Source: Desulfatiglandales bacterium (GTDB lineage: Bacteria > Desulfobacterota > DSM-4660 > Desulfatiglandales > Desulfatiglandaceae). Taken from it: a stretch of DNA of 64,000 nucleotides. Where the stretch lies: contig OY762721.1 of the NCBI GenBank assembly GCA_963666345.1, forward strand, positions 1 through 64,000, given 5' to 3'. The translations under genes and the position numbers were made by a program. The notes beneath the pieces were generated by a model. It ran no database searches and was not told the origin of the DNA. It worked only from the letters and a program-made list of their open reading frames with translations. Position 1 is the first letter of the stretch, and each line of letters opens with the position of its first letter. Below, in pieces: positions 39,419 through 48,821 of this stretch.

Positions 39419-39748
39419 TTGCCGCCCCGCATTATTCGATAAGAAATTTGTTCAATAGACAGAATGACTAACCCAAACCGGTAAGCAAGGGTTGCTGTTG
39501 CCTAAGGGATATGATTTTATCTTATAATTTGGCTGCAAACAACTTTTCCTCCGGCAATGTCTTGGATGCACGATTGACAAAATGTTTTATTACGAGCAAT
39601 TGGCATCGAAAAGTTCTTAAAGCAAAAGAGGGAATTGGGCTTCTTGAGAAATTATATTTACACGAAATTTTCCTTCGTATATATTGTTTCAATCATTAAA
39701 GATTAACAAGCGCCGGAAGTTTAAATCACTCATTTTTGCTGGAAAGCC

Positions 39749-40213
39749 ATGAAAAGACTCAACCCCGAATATGTAAGAGCTGCGACAAAACTGGTTAACG
39801 GTAATCCATACTTCAATCTCCTTTCAATGGAAATGAAAGGCTTTGAACTTGAAAGTTGCACCATGGAGGTGGAGATTCAAAAAAAACACCTCCAGAATTT
39901 CGGCATCGTTCATGGAGGAGTTTGTTCATCTCTTGTCGATGCCGCGGCTTTCTGGGCCGTTTATCCTCAGATAGAAGAAGGCCTTGGAATGATAACTGTC
40001 GAACTGAAGATAAACTTCCTTGCCCGTGCCATGAGCGGATATCTTACGGCCAGGGGAAAAAGCATAAAGGTGGGGAATACGATCTGCCTTGGTGAGGCTA
40101 CGGTTGAAAATAATCAAGGAAGGCTTCTTGCACACGGGACTTCGACAATGATGGTATTAAAAGACCTGGGTATTAAGGGGAGTGAAAGGTTTCCTCCGAA
40201 ATTTCTCGATTGA
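39749..40213 (+). CDS. PaaI family thioesterase
   Basis: GIVHGG..SSLVD and TVELKINFL motifs. Confidence 0.9.
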   Translation: MKRLNPEYVRAATKLVNGNPYFNLLSMEMKGFELESCTMEVEIQKKHLQNFGIVHGGVCSSLVDAAAFWAVYPQIEEGLGMITVELKINFLARAMSGYLTARGKSIKVGNTICLGEATVENNQGRLLAHGTSTMMVLKDLGIKGSERFPPKFLD

Positions 40214-40260
40214 TTTTTAATTTCAGGTTCAATTTTTTTGTCTCTATGTGAGAGGTTTTC

Positions 40261-40818
40261 ATGGATAAATTGATTCAAGATACTCATCCTTTCCGGTTAC
40301 CTTATTTTTTAAGGTGCGTAAGAGGGGTACTTTGTTTTCTGTTTCTGTTTATCCCGGAAAGCGGATCGTGCGGGCAATTCATGATTTATGAGGTGCTGAA
40401 CGGAGGCACAGTCATGGCAGGTGGATACGACCTGAACTGTCTTCCCTGAAAGGATATTGCCGTTGAGGTCGGTCTGGCCGGAATTGAAACACCTGGTGCC
40501 TCATCCGATAATACCCTGACCAGACATGTTTCCATGTTGGGACAAGAATTTCTCTCGGACATGCTGCTTGATGAAATTGTAGAGATAAAGGGCTATGGGC
40601 TGGGCAGGGATGATGTCCTTCTGGGCGTTATTTTTCTTGAAGGGGCAAATGTAAATCTGGAAATGCTTAGAAGGGGACTGGCAAGAGTGAGCTGTGACAT
40701 GCCCCCCCAAGACTTTGACCTTGCGCCTTACATGTCCGCACAAATGGAAGCAAAAAGGGGTAAACGGGGGATCTGGGCTAAGTCATCTGAACTCTCCCCA
40801 CTCCGTTCAAACAACTGA
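40261..40818 (+). pseudogene. Thermonuclease (SNase)-like gene interrupted by an in-frame TGA, catalytic residues lost
   Basis: ORFs 40261-40449 and 40534-40818 are in the same frame, separated only by TGA 40447-40449. SNase-like LAGIETP, NVNLEMLRRGLA and AKRGKRGIW motifs. Confidence 0.65.
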
Positions 40819-41655
40819 TTCAAGCATCCTGTCCTTATGCTCGGATTTCAGGGAAAGTATCGACCTGGCTTCATCAGGGGATGCCGGTTCCCTGCCTGTC
40901 TCGTTGGCAATACGAACTATCTTTTCTACAAGAAGCGGGTTTGAGGCGTGTGATCCGTCAGGCATAAACAGATTGTCTTCCATTCCCACCCTGACATGAC
41001 CTCCCATGATGGTTGCTGCCGCTGCCATATTTATCTGTGCCCTGCCTATGCCTGCGACCGTCCAGGTCGAACCTTGAGGTATGGAATCGGATAAGAACTG
41101 GAGGTTCTTTACTGTGGCAGCCATAGCTCCCGGAACGCCCAGAACAAAATTAAAGTGAAGCGGCAGATTGAGAAGACCTTGTTTCTGAAGGTAAAGCGCG
41201 TTCGTTATCATTCCGGTTTCGAAGATTTCTATTTCAGGTTTTACGCCCGTTTCAAGAAACACGCGTGAAAGGTATTCAATGAACTGAGGTGAATTTTCAT
41301 AGATAATCCCAGGCATATTGTTGGAACCGGTAGTAATGGATGCCATTTCAGGCAATAGTCGTATCGGGTTGGCTCTTGCCTCCCAGTCTTTGCCTGCCCT
41401 GGCACCTGTAGAGAGCTGGATTATTACATCCGGGCAGACGGCCTTTATCCTTTTGGCTATCTCCCTGTAATACGATATCTCAAGGGTAGGGGCAGACATA
41501 TCGTCCCTGGCGTGAACATGAAACAGTGACGCCCCTGCATCGGCGCACCGCTTGACATCATCTGCGATCTCCCGCGCGCTGACAGGCAGATGGGGATTCA
41601 TTTCTTTGGTAGGAACATTGCCGGTAAGGGCAACGGTGATAACAAGCTTTTCCAT
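40807..41655 (-). CDS. Beta-keto acid cleavage enzyme (BKACE / 3-keto-5-aminohexanoate cleavage, DUF849 family)
   Basis: ITVALTG, HVHARD, KPEIEIF and GGHVRVGMEDN motifs; start moved to 41655. Confidence 0.88.
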   Translation of the reverse strand: MEKLVITVALTGNVPTKEMNPHLPVSAREIADDVKRCADAGASLFHVHARDDMSAPTLEISYYREIAKRIKAVCPDVIIQLSTGARAGKDWEARANPIRLLPEMASITTGSNNMPGIIYENSPQFIEYLSRVFLETGVKPEIEIFETGMITNALYLQKQGLLNLPLHFNFVLGVPGAMAATVKNLQFLSDSIPQGSTWTVAGIGRAQINMAAAATIMGGHVRVGMEDNLFMPDGSHASNPLLVEKIVRIANETGREPASPDEARSILSLKSEHKDRMLESVV

Positions 41656-41666
41656 CTCTTTTTCCT

Positions 41667-42884
41667 TTAAATCCTCCTCTTCCCCTCTCTTACGAACCCT
41701 ATAAGGAGAAGACAGATAAACCCTATGATGGTGAGTGAGATCCATGCCCATGTGTAGGACCCTGTGGTATCCACGATATATCCAAATACAGGCGGACCGA
41801 TGGCGGAGCCTGATATCCCGACCATTCCACCAAGGCCAACCGCCTTTCCCGCTCCGCGTTTTCCTCCGAATTCAGCCAACAGGGTTAACCATATTCCGCC
41901 GAAGGCTATGCCTCCGAAGCCGAATAGTATTAGGACAGGGTAAAGCCCCCAGGACAGATATGATCCTGCGAAGGCAAGCAGAGCGCACATGAGGGTCACT
42001 GTTCCCGCCATGAGAAAAAGCACCTGCTTTCTTTTTCCATTAAAAATCCTGTCGCTTATGATTCCGCTGCATGGTCTGGCTATTGCACCGGAGATTTCCG
42101 TAATTGCAAGAAGACCCCCTGCCGCTATTACACCGAACATGAGAACCTCTGTAAGATAGAGCACAAGGTGTGCAATCATGGCCATTTCGATCCAGGTAAA
42201 ACAGAGCCCGCAGAGGGCGGTAAGCCAGATCTCTCTGCTCTTGAGGATCTCAGAAAGGGGAAGAGCGTTTCTGGACGGTTTTTGCTCCGGCCTAACAGGG
42301 TCTAATTGAGGTTCTCTGTAAAGAATAAGGGCCAAGGTGCCGATGACCGCGGCCAGTATGCCCAGGAAAAGAAAACCGTAACGCCAGCCGAGAGCCAGCG
42401 CAATAGCCGGTAGAGTAGCGGCACTTACGATTCCGCCTATATTTACCGCAGTCTGCTTAAGGCCCATTACCGTCGCCCTTTCCCGCATGGGGAACCATGA
42501 TATTACCGCCTGTGTGGTGGAAGGCATAAGAAAACCGCATCCAAATCCTGTTACGAACATCAGAGCCAGAAGCCAGGTGTAAGAGGGGACGAAAAAAAGC
42601 ATTATCATGCAGGCCCCGGCAATGAATTCACCGGCCACGATAGGCCAGCGAGCGCCGATTTTATCTACAATCCAGCCGGTGGGGAATATGCTTACAAGAT
42701 AACCGAATGAGGCGGCAGACATGACGAGACCTACCTGGGTGCTTGACGCGGAAAGGTCCTCTTTGAAAAAAGGGCCCAGAGGGCCAACGCTCAGCCTGTG
42801 AAGAAATACGACTACATAAGTGGCCCAGAGTACACCGAGTATGATCCACCTGTAACTGTCGGCGCTCTCCGCCTTGTTTTCCAT
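41667..42884 (-). CDS. MFS transporter
   Basis: ~12 TM segments; GWIVDKIGAR and WFPMRERATVMG motifs. Confidence 0.9.
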   Translation of the reverse strand: MENKAESADSYRWIILGVLWATYVVVFLHRLSVGPLGPFFKEDLSASSTQVGLVMSAASFGYLVSIFPTGWIVDKIGARWPIVAGEFIAGACMIMLFFVPSYTWLLALMFVTGFGCGFLMPSTTQAVISWFPMRERATVMGLKQTAVNIGGIVSAATLPAIALALGWRYGFLFLGILAAVIGTLALILYREPQLDPVRPEQKPSRNALPLSEILKSREIWLTALCGLCFTWIEMAMIAHLVLYLTEVLMFGVIAAGGLLAITEISGAIARPCSGIISDRIFNGKRKQVLFLMAGTVTLMCALLAFAGSYLSWGLYPVLILFGFGGIAFGGIWLTLLAEFGGKRGAGKAVGLGGMVGISGSAIGPPVFGYIVDTTGSYTWAWISLTIIGFICLLLIGFVREGKRRI

Positions 42885-43213
42885 GCCGCCCCCTTGATTA
42901 TATAGATGGTTCTTCCAAAAAAAAGAATCCTAGGAAAGGGTTTCAGAAAACAGGATCCAGTATGTTTTGCTATGTAAGGCCTGTTTCTGAAAGCCAGGCT
43001 GGAAGATATGGTGCTACCTTATTGGATCGGGAAAAGTGCCTATGGCGCGCTAATCAGTATCCCTTAAACTCCCGCATTATAGATATTTCAGCTCACTCCT
43101 TTAGGCATCTTTAGCCCCGGAATGACACTCCGGACCCTTTTAAGTGCACAAAAAGCTCCGTGCCCTGATCCGGTTCCCTAATGTATGTCCGCAGTTTGAT
43201 TGCCACTAATAAT

Positions 43214-43753
43214 CTAGATCAAGTCTTTCCGGTCGAGTCGTTGCAGATTGGATTTATAGTCCCTTGCAAGGTCGCGATACATCTTTTTGGCCCAGATCCA
43301 GTATTCCTTATGCTTTTGGGTAACCTCCCCTATGCTGACAGCAGGTATTCCCGCGACAATGGTGCCGGGCTCTACAGATTTTCCCGTTGGGACAACGGCT
43401 CCCTCAGCGACAATAGACCATTCGCCTATGACAGATTGCCTGCCAACGACAGCGCCCATTCCGACCACGGCGAAATCTCCAAGAGAATCACCATGAACAA
43501 TGGCACCGTGACCGAGTGTCACCTGTTTGCCAAGTGAATAGAGCGCACCCACCCTTGCATGAATTACTGCGTTTTCTTCTATTGCCGACCCAAAGCCTAT
43601 TCGTATTTTTCCATAATCTGCCCTTATTATCGCCCCATGTCCTACATAACAGCCTTCACCCAGAATCACGTCTCCTATTACCCTGGCAGAATCGCTTATA
43701 TAGCAGTGTTCGCCGATCTGGGGAACCGCATCCTTATATCTGTAGATCGCCAT
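43214..43753 (-). CDS. Gamma carbonic anhydrase-like hexapeptide repeat protein
   Basis: VIGDV, IRAD, VIH, LGHGAIVHG and GIPA motifs; start moved to 43753. Confidence 0.88.
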   Translation of the reverse strand: MAIYRYKDAVPQIGEHCYISDSARVIGDVILGEGCYVGHGAIIRADYGKIRIGFGSAIEENAVIHARVGALYSLGKQVTLGHGAIVHGDSLGDFAVVGMGAVVGRQSVIGEWSIVAEGAVVPTGKSVEPGTIVAGIPAVSIGEVTQKHKEYWIWAKKMYRDLARDYKSNLQRLDRKDLI

Positions 43754-44031
43754 GCTTCCTCTCTCTGGGTTGCTTGGGGTTTTTGTGTAATTTATTTTGA
43801 TGATCAGGGTTAAAACGCAAAGATAAACAGGAATTAATCTAAATAGCTCAGGAAGAATAAAATATACCCTGATACCTGTCAAGCACGGATGCATTTAAGG
43901 CAGTTTTCTCAGACTTTGACGGATAAAGATTGGTTATCTGCAATTTGTCATGTTGAACTTGGAGAGCATATGAAATGATGAGTTTATGGCAGGGAAAGCA
44001 TTAAACTTCCCCTGACATATTAGTGGCTGTC

Positions 44032-45381
44032 TTAAGCGACAAGAACAATACGCAGATCCATTACGTTAGTGTTTGTGGGTCCTGTGATAAGCAGGTCGTT
44101 TATTTTTTCAAAGAAGTGGTATGAATCATTTTGGCCCAGAAAGGCGATAGCGTCCGCTCCCGCGGCAGTTCCTCGCGAAATTGTGGTCGGATCCACTATT
44201 GCGCCCGCTGCATCAGTGGGGCCGTCGTTTCCGTCTGTTCCGCCGCTTAAGATAACTACCCGTTCAGGTAGGTCCTTAATATCGATGGCGGCTGCAAGAC
44301 AGAATTCCTGATTTCTTCCGCCCAGGCCTTTTCCTTTTATGGTAACCGTGGTTTCTCCACCGGAAATAATACAGGCGGGAGTCGGAACAGGCCTTCCGCT
44401 AGATATAAGCTCCTTTGCTATGCCGGCATGCACCATTGCCACATCCCTTGTTTCGCCCTCTATCATTGAAGAAAGGATAAGGGTGTTGTAACCCAGCTCG
44501 CGAGCCTTTTTTTCCGCAGACTCACACGCCAGGATATTGCTCCCGACAATTATATTATGGACTTTTTCAAAGATCGGATCTTCGGCCTTAGGTGTCTCCT
44601 CGATCTTGCCGTGCACACCTGCCTGTATGTGCGATACTATGTCAGGAGGCAGGTCTTTCAGGCCATATTTTTCAAATATGGCCTGAACATCTCCGTAAGT
44701 GGATCCGTCAGGCGTGAAGGGTCCTGAGGCTATTACGTCCTGTTTGTCGCCAACAACATCTGAGAGCATAAGGTTGACAGTGGTGGCCGGATAGGCCGCC
44801 CTTGCCATCTGCCCCCCCTTTGAGGAAGAAATGTGTTTTCTTACCGCATTTATCTCATCTATTACCGCCCCGCATTCAAGAAGCTTCTGTGTCACGGTCT
44901 GTTTCTCTGAAAGTGTGACATTTCCTGCAGGGCTTGGTAACAGTGCCGAACCCCCTCCCGATATAACCGAAAAGATCAGGTCTCTTTCCCCCGCCTTTTC
45001 AAGGATGTCAAGAATCATCTCTGTGCCTTTGACCCCCTGTTCTCCAGGAACAGGATGCTCAGCCTCGATAAGCTCTGTAAAACGCAAATCCTCGGTAAAA
45101 CCGAATTTTACGTTCACGAGTCCTCTTGTTACTCTATCGCCAAAAATTTCCTCAATGGCGCGGGCCATGGGAGAGCTCGCCTTGCCTCCTCCAACGATAA
45201 AGATTCTGTCGAAGTCTTTGAGGTTGATTGATTCCACGGAATTATCGGAAGTACCAAGGTAAAGCTTGTCTCCCTCAATATTTACAAAGCGTTTTACAGC
45301 CTCATAAGGGTTTACCGGTTTAAGAGAGTGAAGAAAGATCTCTTTTGCATCATCTTTGAGCTGTTCTATGTTTTTTTTCAC
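44032..45381 (-). CDS. Glycerate 2-kinase (MOFRL family)
   Basis: GGGKAS, ISGGGSAL, SDVVGD, GGETTV, GGRNQE and TGPTNTNVMD motifs. Confidence 0.92.
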   Translation of the reverse strand: MKKNIEQLKDDAKEIFLHSLKPVNPYEAVKRFVNIEGDKLYLGTSDNSVESINLKDFDRIFIVGGGKASSPMARAIEEIFGDRVTRGLVNVKFGFTEDLRFTELIEAEHPVPGEQGVKGTEMILDILEKAGERDLIFSVISGGGSALLPSPAGNVTLSEKQTVTQKLLECGAVIDEINAVRKHISSSKGGQMARAAYPATTVNLMLSDVVGDKQDVIASGPFTPDGSTYGDVQAIFEKYGLKDLPPDIVSHIQAGVHGKIEETPKAEDPIFEKVHNIIVGSNILACESAEKKARELGYNTLILSSMIEGETRDVAMVHAGIAKELISSGRPVPTPACIISGGETTVTIKGKGLGGRNQEFCLAAAIDIKDLPERVVILSGGTDGNDGPTDAAGAIVDPTTISRGTAAGADAIAFLGQNDSYHFFEKINDLLITGPTNTNVMDLRIVLVA

Positions 45382-45623
45382 GCGTTTGCCTCCAGGTCAT
45401 GATTTTGGACTCCATAGGTCTAAATAACACAGCAATGGCCTCTTTGCAACTTGCAGAAAGGTTCTTGAATCCTATTTCAGTCCGAATCTGGAATAAAAAA
45501 ATCAGGGGAAAAATCATTGTTTGACCAGTTGTCGATTTTCAAGTAGAAGGTTAACCGAGTAATTGGTAAATTTATTCTGGAACAATATTTGAAAATTTAA
45601 ATTTTTGGCTTGAGGAATTAAAA

Positions 45624-46547
45624 TTGATTGTTTTGAACAGTATTTTTCCCGTATTCATGATTATCTGTATGGGGAGAATTTTAAAAAGATTTCACCTGAC
45701 AACCGATGAATATCTAAGAATATCTGACAGACTCATTTACTACGCCTTTTTCCCAGCAATGATGTTTTGGAAAATAGGTGCGCCAAGCACCTCTGTTTCT
45801 TTCAACTGGCCTCTGATATTGGCATCACTGGCAACCGTCCTCACGATATATATTTTGAGCCTGACCTACATCAGAGTGGCAAAAGTTGCCGCATTTGAAA
45901 CAGGAACCTTCTCGCAGTGCAGCTACCGTTTCAATACCTATGTGGGTATGGCTGTTATTCTCACGGCTCTCGGGGATCACTCTGTGAGAGAATTTTCAAT
46001 CATGATAGGACTAACAATACCATTTATAAATATTCTGGCTGTTTCAACCCTGATCTGGTTTTCAGGCGATGCCAAAAGAGGGGCGGATAGGATAAGGCTT
46101 ATCATAAAGGAGGCTCTTTCAAATCCTTTGGTTATCGGATGTTTTGCGGGTATTATTTACTCCAGAATCAAGATGCCATTTCCTCTTTTTATGGAAAACA
46201 GCTTTAAAATGATCTCCCTGATGACACTTCCTCTTGCGCTTATTTCAGTGGGGGGCGCGCTCAAACCTTCGAGATTCAAACGGTATTTTAAAAATGCATT
46301 TGTCTCAAGTTTTTTCAAGCTGGCCCTGCTTCCCCTGGTGGGTTATGTTTTTCTGAAAATTGCAGGTGTTGACGATGATTCCTTGAAGGTGGGAATGATA
46401 TTTTTCGCACTCCCCACTTCCACTGCAACTTACATCCTGTCTTCCCAGTTACATAGTGATACAGAGCTGGCCTCGACATCGATATTTCTGTCTACCCTGT
46501 TTTCCGCTTTATCCCTTTCAATTGTTATTTATTTATTTGCGTCATGA
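45624..46547 (+). CDS. AEC (auxin efflux carrier) family transporter
   Basis: Hydrophobic; RFNTYVG, NPLVIG, PLALISVG and LPTS motifs. Confidence 0.85.
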   Translation: MIVLNSIFPVFMIICMGRILKRFHLTTDEYLRISDRLIYYAFFPAMMFWKIGAPSTSVSFNWPLILASLATVLTIYILSLTYIRVAKVAAFETGTFSQCSYRFNTYVGMAVILTALGDHSVREFSIMIGLTIPFINILAVSTLIWFSGDAKRGADRIRLIIKEALSNPLVIGCFAGIIYSRIKMPFPLFMENSFKMISLMTLPLALISVGGALKPSRFKRYFKNAFVSSFFKLALLPLVGYVFLKIAGVDDDSLKVGMIFFALPTSTATYILSSQLHSDTELASTSIFLSTLFSALSLSIVIYLFAS

Positions 46548-46931
46548 GATATTCCAATTATAACCAATTTTTGGCAGTTGAATCATTCGGGTAAATCAGG
46601 CGCTCCTGCTGCGTGACGGTGGAAACTTTGAAAAAAGCCTTGATTACAGATGAAATGGCGTGAAAAGTGATGGACGTATCTGAGGCCAGTCTTCGATATT
46701 TATGAGGTAACCATCCTATTTAATTGAAATAAGAAACGCCTTGTGATATAAAAAAATCATTATGGATACTTGAAGATTTATCGATCTTAGGGCATCCAGA
46801 CATGATAGAGAGAATGTATAGATTAGCTGCTGGATTGTTGTTACCTCGATTCAAAGCGATGATCGTCTGATAAATGAATCTTGTTAAGAAGATCAATTTA
46901 AAAACTCACAATTTGATCGGAGGAGAAGGCA

Positions 46932-47423
46932 ATGCCTGAGGGTAGTCTTATTAAAGGAAAAAGGATTCTTATCGTTGATGACGAACCAGATGTGCTTGAG
47001 ACGTTGGAGGAACTTCTCGATAAGTGTGAACTGGTAAAGGCTGCAAGTTTCGATGAAGCCAAGGCTTTTCTCGAGAAGGAATATTTCGATATCGCCATCC
47101 TTGATATAATGGGTGTTAACGGGTACAGGCTTCTTGAAATGGCAAATGAAAGAGAAATTATAGCTGTAATGCTGACCGCACATGCGTTGAGTCCTGAAAA
47201 TGCGGTTAAATCATTTAAAGAGGGTGCCGCCTCATATGTGCCCAAAGATGAGATAGTTAATATAGAAACCTTTTTGGAAGATATACTGGATGCCAAACAG
47301 AAGGGAAAAAATCTCTGGTGGCGGTGGCTCGACAGGCTGGGAAACACCTACTTTGTAAACAAATTCGGCCCCAACTGGCAGGATACAGACAAGGAATTCT
47401 GGAAAAAGTTCAACTATCTCTGA
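46932..47423 (+). CDS. Response regulator (receiver domain plus short tail)
   Basis: ILIVDDEPD, LDIMG, MLTA and YVPK motifs. Confidence 0.9.
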   Translation: MPEGSLIKGKRILIVDDEPDVLETLEELLDKCELVKAASFDEAKAFLEKEYFDIAILDIMGVNGYRLLEMANEREIIAVMLTAHALSPENAVKSFKEGAASYVPKDEIVNIETFLEDILDAKQKGKNLWWRWLDRLGNTYFVNKFGPNWQDTDKEFWKKFNYL

Positions 47424-47510
47424 TATCTTATGCATTTTTAATGCGGGAGATTTCGTCACGGGCATCCTTGCCCGAGACGCCAGCTTCTAATCGAATCGGG
47501 GACATCATAA

Positions 47511-48008
47511 ATGAAATGTGCGGTTTGCGGAGATGAGTTTGAAGGCATTGACAAATGCCCCCACTGCGGTGCTTTTGTTGTTGAAAAACTGATAAGGTCC
47601 CATCTGTTTGACCTCGAATATTTGGCAGGAATTCTTGACAAGCTTGGTTACAGGGTCGAGCTTTCCCCGGCAGACGATAAGGGATTATACGCCAATCATG
47701 AGGAAAGGGCTAACCTTCTCGTAAATATCGACCGGGATATAGGCATAATAATGATCAGAACCCCCTGGAAGATGCAGGGGCCGGAGAATGGATCGGAAAG
47801 GGAAATGTATGAGGCTGTCAACAGGGCCAATGGTTTGACAAGGCTAAGCACGTTTTATCTGGACGAAGGAATGAAAAGCCTTATGGTTTATACCCACATA
47901 ACCCTCGGAGAAATGATTTCAGAAGAGGTCATTTGTGATTTCCTCGAAGAGTATGACCGTGAGATGGTATTTGCAATGGGTGAATCCGGCCTTTTGAAAT
48001 ATGGTTGA
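47511..48008 (+). CDS. Zinc-ribbon plus YbjN/T3SS-chaperone-like domain protein
   Basis: CAVC...CPHC N-terminus; EAVNRAN...FYLDE pattern. Confidence 0.55.
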   Translation: MKCAVCGDEFEGIDKCPHCGAFVVEKLIRSHLFDLEYLAGILDKLGYRVELSPADDKGLYANHEERANLLVNIDRDIGIIMIRTPWKMQGPENGSEREMYEAVNRANGLTRLSTFYLDEGMKSLMVYTHITLGEMISEEVICDFLEEYDREMVFAMGESGLLKYG

Positions 48009-48185
48009 AAAAATGAGTTTTCCATCCACAGAACTTTGATCCCTCCGATAGCCTAATCACGTTAATGGTTGATTAACGTTATTCCATGAAATCTGTCTGA
48101 AAAACCTTTATCCGCTGTCTCAAAGACCCTATAACCGTTACAAGGCAGGCGAGAAGTAAAGGCCGTAGAAAAAATCTTAAACAGC

Positions 48186-48512
48186 CTATGCCTCTGATTT
48201 GTCAATCAATCGAAGACCGACCATAAAGTGGTTTTTGAAACGATTATCCGATGCCTCTGTTATATGGACCAGCTGCGTGTCGAACTCATTTATTCCATAT
48301 TTCGAATCAGTCGGATAATATTTCATGGCGTAGGATTCACCTACCTTTAGAAATTTTAGGATCTCCGAGTCTCTGCCTATGATAATGCAGACGCCGTTTT
48401 TCGAGATATTCCATATCTTGAACTGATAAGACATGCCAAGTCCGGGGGGCGACAATTCAACACTGTAAAAGCGGTTAATTATCGATCTGGGTTCGGCTCT
48501 TCTCTCTTCCAA
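48186..48512 (-). CDS. PilZ domain protein
   Basis: ERRAEPR (RxxxR) and NISKNG (D/NxSxxG) motifs. Confidence 0.8.
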   Translation of the reverse strand: MEERRAEPRSIINRFYSVELSPPGLGMSYQFKIWNISKNGVCIIIGRDSEILKFLKVGESYAMKYYPTDSKYGINEFDTQLVHITEASDNRFKNHFMVGLRLIDKSEA

Positions 48513-48821
48513 AATAATCCGTCCCGTTTGGGTTTCCAGCCATAAGCAGGTTGTGTAAATCTTAAGACACTCTGTTTCCTTTATAAGGAAGCAAGGTGAT
48601 TTAATGTTTACCTTATTAATGCGTTGTTTTCAATCAGAAAGAGTTCCTGTTACGCGCGTGAACAATAGTCATGAGTTTTTCGAATGTGATGTTTACTTTT
48701 TTCTTGAAATATCATTTGAGATGTTTTAGCCCTATATAAAATTAGATATCGCAAGTTATGTTCAGGCAGATGGCCATCCCGACTTGCAGGGGTGGCCATT
48801 TTTTATGGAAAGGGGTCGGTA

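Noticed and set aside
43110..43135. CCGGAATGAC REP-like fragment
   Set aside because: Single partial copy with no array or associated transposase.
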